Origin: Octopus sinensis
Taxonomy: Eukaryota
NCBI RefSeq assembly: GCF_006345805.1
Contig: NW_021825573.1
Coordinates: 1 to 15,061, forward strand
DNA: 15,061 nt
Direction: 5' to 3'
In this document: positions 1-9,600 of the stretch, in pieces
How the letters are laid out: each line of letters starts with the position of its first letter
How positions within the stretch are numbered: the stretch's first letter is position 1
The notes under the pieces: generated by a model
What the model was told of the DNA's origin: nothing
What the model saw: the letters and a program-made list of their open reading frames with translations, nothing else
The model's database searches: none
Position numbers and translations under genes: made by a program

Positions 1-142
1 ACATGAAAAAATAATTTGTAATATATATACTCATTCACTCACATACCTGTATGAAACTCCTGGTTAGGGAGGGGATGTTTATAAATTTCATAGATGGAAT
101 TAAATTTACTTTTTTCTTTTTGTGAGACTAGAGTATACAAAT

Positions 143-203
143 GAAAGAGGAAGGCTGAGAAAGAGAGAAGGGGGAGGAAGAGAGAGAGAGAGAAAGAGGG
201 AGA
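143..203. repeat. Purine-rich (GA/GGA) low-complexity tract
   Basis: gaaagaggaaggctgagaaagagagaagggggaggaagagagagagagagaaagagggagaac read directly. Confidence 0.85.
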
Positions 204-1307
204 ACAAAATTTGAGCTAGTATTCTCACACATCGATATATATACATACACGTGTCTTCATGTAATGTGTAGACTATAGAAGATTTATTTGTAAAGTACAC
301 ACAGATCGTGCAAAATATTAATTGTGTTTGTACTGTGTCCTAGAATAGATTCTATAAAGTATTATATACACCCTACATACTGTGTCAAAATTGACGTGGG
401 TGTTTTTTGTAAGGTATATTTAAATTTGTCAGTCTCTCTGTGTATGTATGTATATATGTGTGTGCATGTATATGGGTGACAGCGAAGTATTTGAATAGAA
501 GAATGACTGAGGTGGGGCCACCTTCTTCATGAACAGCTCATATTTATGTGGGGGCTGATGTTCACCTAAAACGTTTTAATTTATTAGAACTACTCAGGTA
601 GAGAGGAGAGAAAAATAAAGCATTCACTAAATGAATGGTTGAATAGATTGAAAAAGAAAAGTATTTGAAATATAGAGAAAAATTATTTATACTTTAATGT
701 AAAGACAAAGAAGGGGAACGGCAACACTCTAATGGTGTAGAATATGTGTTAGAGTATAAAAAATTCGGGTTGGGTTTGGCGGTGGTGATGGTGGCAGTAG
801 TGTTGGGATGTAGTGTCTAGTTTAGACTTAAATTGGTGCAGAGGACAGCTTATTACTGGATCTTGGTGTGACATGTCGCTGAATGAGAGTCAGGTGGTGC
901 TTAGCTGAAAAGTGGAGGAGAATTTAAGGGAAGCTGGGAAATGGGTGAGGTTGTGGTGGCAGTGAAGATGTGCAAAGAAGACCCCAATTTTGAAGTAGAT
1001 GTCCTTCATCCTACCCCGGTAATTGGACACTGTTCTAGTAGCAACACTTTATTCTTCTGAAAGATAAACTTCCAAAAGGATACTATTACGCCCACATTGC
1101 TATTGGCCCCAGAATGAAGACAAGATCCCCCTGTGGCGTGTATTTGATCTTATTTATTTGTACGTATGTTTAGGTTATACAAGCATATATAATACATACA
1201 CGCGCACGCATTCATTTATTTATATCGAACTTCGGAGTTTAGCTACAGGAAGGACATCCAGCTGTAAATTCCAAATACACGTGTGTCTACGCATCCATAT
1301 ATTCATA

Positions 1308-1660
1308 TATGTATGCATGCATGTTGTTATGTATGCATGATTGTTGTTATGTATGTATGCATGAATGTATATATGTATGTATGTATGCATGAATGTATGT
1401 AGGCATGTATGTATGTATGTATGTATGTATGTATGTATGTATGTATGTATGTATGTATGTATGTATATTTGTATGTATGTATGCATGCATGTTGTTATGT
1501 ATGTATGCATGAATGTATGTATGTATGTATGTATGTATGTAGGTATGTATGTAGGCATGTATGTAGGCATGTATGTAGGCATGTATGTATGTATGTATGT
1601 ATGTATGTATGTATGTATGTATGTATGTATGTATGTATGTTGTTATGTATGTATGTATGA
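1308..1660. repeat. (TATG)n tetranucleotide microsatellite with recurring variant units
   Basis: About 350 bp of tatg units interrupted by tgttgtta, gcatgaat and taggcatg variants. It explains the five YIHT/MYVC ORFs at 1220-1703. Confidence 0.97.
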
Positions 1661-2029
1661 ACACGTACATGCGCTTGTATGCTCGCAGTCGTGGACAGAA
1701 TGATTAGGGTAGTTCGTGTATGTGTAGGGTGGCGGCGTAACGTTGGTCAATGTTGACAGTGGCGTGTGGAACAATGGCCGTGTTTGTAATGTGTGGGCAA
1801 TATTAGGTAGCTAGGTTGGTAACTAAGCGAAGAGAGGAATGGGCAGAGGAGACATTACAGACGAGGCGAAGGGACAGGTCAGGCTGTATTGGTCAGTTAG
1901 AAATCACATGATCATAGGTCTTAGAATAGTTCCTTCGTCAAACTTTTGCAGGTTGTAGGTAGTAGTAGTAGTGTTTACAGTAGTAGTAGTATTTAGTGTA
2001 GTGGTGTTAAGTCCAAGGAGAGAGGAAGG

Positions 2030-2370
2030 GTCTTAATGCCAGTGAGATAATGCGAGAGAAAGAGAGAGTATGATAAATAATTATAGAGGGAGAGATTGGA
2101 AAAGAATTAATGTTAAGACAAAAGTAATGTTATAAGATGGTGTGAGTGTAGTGAGAGAGGGGGGAGGTAGAGAGAGAGAATGAAAGGAGAAAAGAGAGGG
2201 TAGAGAAATTGAGTACCAGATAGGTAGCGTTAATATAAAGTTGTAAACAGAGACGTGTGTATGTGTGTTTGTGTCATAAAACGAAGCGAAAGAGTCTGTA
2301 ATTAAATACAGTATTAGTGAGTCAGAAGTATATCAAAAGAAAATGTAGCAGAGAGAGAGAGAGAGACTAG
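2030..2370. repeat. Purine-rich GA low-complexity region with short (GA)n runs
   Basis: Repeated agagag/gagagg runs, with a pure (GA)n at about 2350-2366. Confidence 0.7.
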
Positions 2371-2745
2371 TAAGACAGAGTGAAAGAGTAAGAGTAAAAT
2401 AGAAAGATATAAAGTATATTCGTATAGTATGACGAATGAGAGACGTAGAGAAAGAAAGTAGATTATAAGGTTGAAGCAGCGTATAAGAAGAGCAAAAACG
2501 TGGAGGCAGTGAACCAGGGCTGAAGATGTGCTTTAAAAGTCCATCCACGAGGCAACTTTCACGTAATCTCTCAATTGATGAGAACTTTCGCTAAAACTTA
2601 TTACTGATGCTTTAGGTCGAATGGGAGTCGTTGGAAGATTTTGTATCTCATTTTCTAAAAGTTTTATCAAAGTATCCAAGTATTCCGAAAATTTTCATTG
2701 TGCCTCCTAAAGATATCAGTTGAATGGATAGGAGAGTATTATAAA

Positions 2746-2750
<5 letters not shown>

Positions 2751-2785
<35 letters not shown>
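2751..2785. repeat. (AT)n dinucleotide microsatellite
   Basis: Uninterrupted atatat run. Confidence 0.97.
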
Positions 2786-2788
<3 letters not shown>

Positions 2789-3278
2789 AACTTTTTGACT
2801 GCTATTTCTAAATTCGGTGTGTGGTGAGGCAAATCGTTGCTGAACCCTTAATTACTTACTATATATATATATATATAACGTGTATATGTATGTATGAATA
2901 TATAGTATGTCTGTATGCACTTTTATAGATAAGTTTTCGAAAGGATGTTTTTAATCTCAAGGTCATTAAGTGTAACTATAATTAGATTAAGTGCTATATA
3001 TACGTGTGTGTGTGTATGTGTTATACGGTATGCATATGGATATCCATTTAAGTAATCGCAAGAAACTTGTGTAAATTTTCACGTGTTTCTAGATTGTTGC
3101 AAAAATGTTGGAATAAATTTCTGAAACCGAAAATTAATGAGTTAATTACATGAATTCAAAATTGTGTGTGAGTGGATTTGTGCGCGATGGATTGCAGACG
3201 AACTCGGAGATACTGATGAACAAATGAGACACACTAAACTATATCTCGAAAGAAAACGGTAAACATACAAGCACAAGC

Positions 3279-3495
3279 AGACAGATAAATAGACAGATAG
3301 ACAGACAGACAGACTGACAGATAGATAGACTGACAGATAGACAGATATATAGATAGATAGACTGACAGATAGATAGATAGATAGACTGAGAGATAGATAG
3401 ATAACTAGATATATATATATATATATATAGAGAGAGGAGAGAGATAGATAGATAGCCAGGTAGGTAGAGAGAAATATCGATAGATAGAGAGCTGA
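3279..3495. repeat. Compound (GACA)n/(GATA)n/(TA)n/(GA)n microsatellite
   Basis: gacagacagac and gatagatagat blocks followed by a TA run and a GA run. Confidence 0.93.
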
Positions 3496-3837
3496 ATGGA
3501 TAGATGAAATACAAAGAGATCAAGAGAAAGAGAGAGCGGCTAAGTAGGATAGGGGGAGATATAAAGAGAGTGGGGTATAATATGTATCGCTGGATAGAGA
3601 GAGAGAAATGGGGTAGGTATATGGGTGGACAGAGGGAGAGAGATGGTACAATTTGAATAAGCCAAACCTGGCCTCAAAAAAAATAAAAAAATTAAAGATA
3701 ATAGTAAAAAAACGGTAATGTCGGTGTATACAGCATTAAAGATATCTTTTCTATCGTAGACTGAATTTGTGGATGTGGTGGCAGTAATGCAGGACTTTTG
3801 ATTTTAAGGTTGCAGTGGTGATCGTTATACTATCAAC

Positions 3838-4146
3838 GTAGTGGTAGTGAGGGTGATGGTGGTGGTGGTGGTCGTCGTTGTAGTTGAGGTAGTAGTACTG
3901 GTGGTGATAGTATTGGCTCTAGCTGCGCGGTAATGATCATGATGTTAACCATGGTTGTAGTAATGGTAGTGCTCTTTGGAGTGGTGCTGGCTATAGTTGC
4001 AATGGTAATGATGGGGTTGGTAGTATTATTGGTCATAGTTAAAGTAACAGTGGTAGTGGTGGCGGCGTCGGCGGTGGTGGTGGTGGTGGTGGCAGTATTG
4101 GCTAAAAATTGCAGTGTAGAGGTGGTAGAAGTAGGGGTGTGGTGGT
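3838..4146. repeat. Degenerate (GGT)/(GTA)/(GTG) trinucleotide low-complexity tract
   Basis: ggtggtggtggt and gtagtagt runs. It accounts for the poly-Val and poly-Thr/Pro ORFs at 3833-4148. Confidence 0.88.
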
Positions 4147-4255
4147 AAGAGAAAAAGCGCTTTTTTTTGCCTCTAGATGTTGTTGGACCAATCTGATATT
4201 CTTTCTATGTTTAATCACCATTCACTGCTCTATTTTGGTGTGGGAAAGGATGACT

Positions 4256-4257
<2 letters not shown>

Positions 4258-4289
<32 letters not shown>

Positions 4290-4330
4290 AAGAGAAAGAG
4301 AGAGATAGAGAGGGAGGGAGGAGGCAGGCA
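4258..4330. repeat. (GA)n microsatellite with GGGA-rich tail
   Basis: Pure (GA)n at 4258-4286, then gggaaagagaaaagagagagatagagagggagggag. Confidence 0.93.
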
Positions 4331-4433
4331 GATATGAAGAATTGGCGGGAGGAAAGATAGTGATGGTTTTGTATTGTCTGGTGAAAGGCGTAGGGAAATA
4401 TGTTTTTCCCGTTGCTTCATGCCTATGTAAGAA

Positions 4434-4498
4434 ATCACCATCATTATGATCATCACGATCATCATCATCATCATCGTCGTCGTCGTCATCGTCAACAT
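4434..4498. repeat. (ATC)n/(GTC)n trinucleotide repeat
   Basis: atcatcatcatcatcatcgtcgtcgtcgtcatc; reads as poly-Asp on the minus strand. Confidence 0.92.
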
Positions 4499-4869
4499 CC
4501 GCTACATTTTGAAGGTCGGTCTTGAGAAGCCTCTGTAGAAGAAAAAAAATCATCGCATGCAGGAGTAACAACATTCTCTACATGTTGGTGGTTTGCTGAG
4601 GGTGAGTGTGAGGAGGGAGGTAGGGAGGGAGGAAGGCTAAAGGATGTAGTGAAGTGGGGGAGGGGAAGAGAATGTGGTGGAGAGGAGCTGTGGTGCGATG
4701 CAGTACAGTTTGTTGGTGGTGGTGGCGGCGGCGGTAGCGTGTTATGTTGAGGGCGCAAATTTTGACTAGAAGATGGATAGATAGATTCACTGACTTGGAA
4801 GAGGATTAGATAAATAAAAGCAGATAAAGGAGAGATAAATATGTATGGATAGAAATTTGAACAAATAGA

Positions 4870-4914
4870 AATAGATAGATAGATAGAGAGATATTCAGAT
4901 AGATAGGTAGATAA

Positions 4915-4961
<47 letters not shown>

Positions 4962-5321
4962 CAGATAGATAGATCGATAGATAGGTAGGTAGGTAGAAAG
5001 ATAGATAGATATATAGATACAGATAGATAGATTAGATAGATAGGTAGGTAGGTAGAAAGATAGATAGATAGATAGGTAGGTAGGTAGGTAGGTAGAAAGA
5101 TAGATAGGTAGAAAGAAAGATAGATAGATAGATAGATGGATAGATAGATAGATGGATAGATAGAGAGACAGATAGATAGGTAGAAAGATAGATAGATAGA
5201 TAGATGGATAGATAGATAGATGGATAGATAGAGAGACAGATAGATAGGTAGAAAGATAGATAGATAGATGATAGATAGATAGGTAGATAGGTAGATAGAT
5301 AGAGAGATAGATAGATAGATA
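4870..5321. repeat. Long (GATA)n/(GGTA)n array (Bkm-type GATA repeat)
   Basis: About 450 bp of gata units with ggta, gaaa and gaca variants. It explains the YLSI-repeat ORFs 4806-5384 and 4895-5395. Confidence 0.97.
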
Positions 5322-5627
5322 AGGTGAGATGGGATAAGAGGTAAGGAAGAGGTAAAGGTCTCCCAGTTTGCTACAATACACCACTTAGCAACCACAACAG
5401 AAATTCCATACTTCTTTCACGAAGAAAGGGAGTCGGCCGACATGAGAGTGTGTGTTTTCAAAGAGAAAAATCACTTGCATTGCCCTGTATGCGACGATCG
5501 ACTGTTAGAGTCTGCTTGCTGGAAGATGGGTTTGAACACTGCAGTTGAATATTTCCAAATGTCTAACACCTGCACTTATTCTTCCATTACACACACACAC
5601 ACGTGAGTCTGTATGCGCACATATATG

Positions 5628-5688
5628 TATGTAGATAGATAGATAGATAGATATAGATAGATAGATAGATAGATAGATAGAGATAGAT
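5628..5688. repeat. (GATA)n microsatellite
   Basis: gatagatagatagat run of about 60 bp. Confidence 0.95.
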
Positions 5689-5939
5689 AACTGTAGTTAT
5701 GTATGTATGCATGTATGTAGGCACGCGAAGTGGAATTGACCCGTAACTGTTGTCCCGTCAACGCTAAAGACAGACTTACAAAAACACAGCTAGGCTTTCC
5801 ATACAGTTGTTGTTGCTGTTGTTAATATACCACCGTGGATTATGTATATCTTCACATATTCTCACACACACATACACACACACGTTGGTTTAGTTATACT
5901 CATATCAGTAAAGCAATACAGGCAAAAATTGTGTTTGTG

Positions 5940-6008
5940 CATATAATCTATATATAATACTTATATATATATATATATATACACACACACAGGCATGTTC
6001 AACAATAA

Positions 6009-6042
<34 letters not shown>

Positions 6043-6191
6043 TGGTAGATACGTACATGCAAACATGCATACATTCATACTTGCCCTTGAATTTGGAAAT
6101 TCGCCTTTTGTTATAAGCATGTACGAAAATGTGTGTGCGTATATATATGGATATATGTGTGAGTATAATATGTACGCAACCACATACACAA

Positions 6192-6236
<45 letters not shown>

Positions 6237-6320
6237 TATGTATGTATACATGTGTTTTTATATAAATACACACACACATATATATATATACATATTGATA
6301 TACACACACGCACACATGTG
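5940..6320. repeat. Mixed (TA)n/(CA)n/(TG)n microsatellite cluster
   Basis: TA runs at about 5962-5980, 6010-6038 and 6200-6230 with CA/TG flanks. Confidence 0.85.
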
Positions 6321-6639
6321 GGTGTGTAGTTTTATTATACTAGTCCACAGCCTGCTAGTAAATCAGAGTACATACACACGCGTTTCTGTTTAAACGCCCT
6401 GCAGGCATGTTCAAGCAATAAGTATTAAACAGAGACAGAAGACATTGTTTCCTAAATTTATTGAATAGTTTTTTGTTTCTTCTTAAAACAATGCAAGACA
6501 GAGGCGGGGGGGGGGAGGAAGGAAAAGAAAGAAAGGAAGAAGGAAAGAGAGGAGGTGGAATATAAAATTTGACCGTCAGAGAGACACTCTAAAACCATAA
6601 TTGGCTTTCTTGTGTGTTTGTCTTCAGACACAGATTATA

Positions 6640-6675
6640 TATATTAATACACCACAACACACACACCACACATAC

Positions 6676-6729
<54 letters not shown>

Positions 6730-7518
6730 CATACATATATGTGTATATATGTTTATACATACATACACACACACATATATATATGTATTCATGTATGTGT
6801 GTGTATATGTATGTATTAGTATATATATATATATAGATAATATATATATATATATGAATATTATATACATATAATCATATGTATATGAATAGACACACAC
6901 ATACAGAAATGTACAATATATGAGTGCGCAGTTTATGTATATTTATATAGATATGTTTGTATATGTATGTGTAGATACACGTGTATTATAACGCCTACAT
7001 ATACACCTCTATATACACACACACATATGTATAAATATGTCTATATATACATATATATATACACACACACATATATATATGTATGCATCTATGTATATAT
7101 ATATATATATATATAATGTATGTACAAGATATATATACATGTATGTGTGTATATGTACGTGTGTGTATAGATGTTTGTAAGTATATACATATAAACGTAT
7201 GCGTGTGTATAAATGTATATAATATATATGTATATTTATCACTTATTGTATTGAGTGCTTTTTCCTCGGGATTATATGATCTAACGTGCGTTCACACTTG
7301 TTTATCTTTTATTTGTTGTTGGTGTTGAGTGTGTGTGTGTGTGTATGTGTACTTAATTGATTTGCATTACAAATGCAGGTATATATTTTTTCACCAAATA
7401 TATATATTATGTATGTATATGTGTATATACTATATATATATATTATGTATGTATATGTGTATATACATATATATATATATTATGTATGTATATGTGTATA
7501 TATATATATATATAATAC

Positions 7519-7564
<46 letters not shown>

Positions 7565-7600
7565 TATGTATATGTATATACCGGCATGTATGCGTATATG
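6640..7600. repeat. Extended mixed TA/TATG/CA microsatellite field
   Basis: Near-continuous tata/tatg/caca sequence, with pure (TA)n at about 6688-6722 and 7520-7561 and a short non-repetitive gap around 7240-7325. Confidence 0.88.
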
Positions 7601-8100
7601 TGTCAAGCACTTTATTCACAGGTAAATTTCTCTTCAAAGGAACACTTGTTCACTTTGCCTAATGCACACGCATTCGTAGACTTATAGTGATATCATATTT
7701 AACAGATATGTACGTGCATAGATATAACTATACACACACACATACATGCATATGCATATACATATGTACGTATGTACACACACACACTCATACATGTAAG
7801 CATAATCTTTAAACGCACATACCCACATACCAAGCGTATTGTCTTTCTCTCTTTTGTTGCCTGTAACTCTATCTGTAGATGGGGTTTTTTTTTTTGTTAA
7901 AAGTTCATGTGGCATGGGTTGAGCGGTCCCACGCCCCTCTGCCCCTTATAATTAAGGATTCCAACACTCTTTATACGGGACATATTTATTGCAGCACCAG
8001 TTTGTTTTTTTAATACCTAATCATATATAATTATTTTCTAAAATATGTTGTAGCACCAGAATTTTCTCTCCTTTGCCTTTTCCTTGCCCTCTTTCTCTCA

Positions 8101-8156
8101 TCGTCATCATCATCATCGTCATCATCAGTCATCATCATCATCATCATCATCATCAT
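8101..8156. repeat. (CAT)n trinucleotide repeat
   Basis: tcatcatcatcatcgtcatcatcagtcatcatcatc... Confidence 0.95.
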
Positions 8157-8476
8157 GATGTTGATATCATTATCGTTCTTCTTTCACGTGTGTGTGTGTG
8201 AGAGAAATTTTGCACGATCAGTTTACTTTAAAAAAAAAACGAGTATAAAGAACGCGTGTATAACGTACTCAGATAAGTACACTGATATATATATTTATAG
8301 ATATATATACATACACAAGCATGATAGTCCCCCCCTCCCCCCCCCGCTTACACATTAAGAGTGGGTCACTCAGATTCGACATACGGAACTACACAAAGCG
8401 TGTGCGCGCGCGAATGTATATATTTACACACATTTAGGAGTGTAATAAGGTGGACGGAGCCACTACCAGCCTACCT

Positions 8477-8502
8477 ACACACACACACACACACACACAC
8501 AC
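8477..8502. repeat. (CA)n microsatellite
   Basis: Pure acacac run. Confidence 0.95.
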
Positions 8503-8689
8503 GCATCGAGCCAACAACACGTACAAAGAGAAAGCAGTAAAGTACACCGCATGATAATAAATTCAATATCAGTATGAGATATATCTCTATTTTCCTTTCT
8601 TTCACAGAGCTGTTGTTATTTGTGTGGTGAGGAGCATACCATGAACGGGTTTTGTGTCTTATAAGTTATATAAGGGATATTGTTGATAG

Positions 8690-9450
8690 GTGTGTATGTA
8701 TGTGTGACTCTGTGTGTGTGTGTGTGTGTGTGTATGGACGGATGCACCTAAGTATAAGTTTGTATATACGTATCACATGTGTCTGCCATAGAAGTATTGC
8801 TGGGATACTGCTTAGAAATTGGATTGTGTGTATGTATATATTCACATATTTACACACACACACATGAATATGCACACAAATTAACACACATATACATACA
8901 TGCACACACACAAACACATACATATATATATGCGTGTATATACACATATTTACTTCCAAGTACGTTTATATATATATATATATATGTATGTATATATATA
9001 TAAAAAGAGAGAGAGAGAGAGGCGGTGAGAGACAGAGAGAAGCACGTACACATATATGTATATATATCTTTGTGTATATATCTTCTCAAATATATGTGTA
9101 TGTGTGTTTACTTTATAGATAGATCGATCTATGTGTACCAGAATGTTTAACATGAGGGTAGGCACGAACGTGTCACAATCAGTGTTTACTGTATGTATGT
9201 ATAAATATTTGTGTGTATAGCTGTGTATGCATATATATATATATATATATATATATACATGTGTGTTTGTGTGTATAACTATGTATGTATATATGTATAT
9301 ATATATAATATATTAGATAGATATGATATATATACGAGAATGTAAATTTCTAAATAGATGTGCATATGCGTCCGTGTATATACGCCTGTATATGTGTATG
9401 AGTGTGTGTGTGTGTGTGTGTGTGTGTTTATATGTATAGCTATGTGTATA
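8690..9450. repeat. Mixed (TG)n/(CA)n/(TA)n/(GA)n microsatellite field
   Basis: TG runs near 8710-8733 and 9403-9426, TA runs near 8968-8985 and 9231-9257, a GA run near 9006-9021, with short unique gaps. Confidence 0.85.
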
Positions 9451-9462
9451 TTTTTGTATAAA

Positions 9463-9600
9463 CATGGGTGTGATTGCCACATGGTACAGTATCAGGTTCT
9501 CTGTGCTGTACCTTGGGCAAGTATCTTCTACTACAGCTCAGAGCCGACCAATGCGTTGTAAGTAAATTTGGTAGGCGGAAACTGCGCAGAAGCCCATCGT
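9463..9600 (+). mobile_element. Degenerate CORE-type tRNA-derived SINE with (TACA)n/(CA)n tail at 9602-9660
   Basis: accttgggcaagt (9510-9522) matches the hallmark of the MIR/CORE-SINE central domain. The following segment (atcttctactacagctcagagccgacca...tttggtaggcggaaactg...agaagcccatcgt) matches an abundant Octopus SINE as I recall it. A simple-repeat tail follows. The tRNA head is partly deleted. Family naming is from memory, not from a search. Confidence 0.8.

Noticed and set aside
1643-1810. Minus frame LPNIAHTLQTRPLFHTPLSTLTNVTPPPYTYTNYPNH... containing a PPxY (WW-ligand) motif
   Set aside because: Only 55 codons, a weak in-frame acceptor, and an end inside the microsatellite; PPPY is easily produced by C-rich sequence.
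2799-2810. Inverted 12-mer match (tagaaatagcag) to the repeat at 11713-11724
   Set aside because: A single 12-mer match is expected by chance in 15 kb, and the flanks do not align.
3132-3147. AATTAA-tgag-TTAATT inverted repeat with homeodomain-like TAAT cores
   Set aside because: Very common in AT-rich DNA; there is no independent support for an enhancer.
4152-4165. 14-bp palindrome AAAAAGCGCTTTTT followed by Ts, resembling an intrinsic terminator
   Set aside because: The context is eukaryotic and the stem is mostly A/T homopolymer, so it is probably chance.
4230-4574. 114-aa minus ORF with poly-Asp
   Set aside because: The acidic run comes from the (GAT/GAC)n repeat and the C-terminus from (CT)n; no donor follows. 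Only the acceptor is kept as a finding.
5328-5606. Stop-free plus frame of 92 codons containing HCPVC
   Set aside because: No second zinc-ligand pair or recognisable domain, a weak acceptor, and a length within chance expectation for the window.
7989-8059. ttg(c/t)agcaccag twice, 59 bp apart, resembling a REST/RE1 half-site
   Set aside because: The right half of RE1 is absent, and a match of 12 nt with one mismatch is too short to be meaningful.
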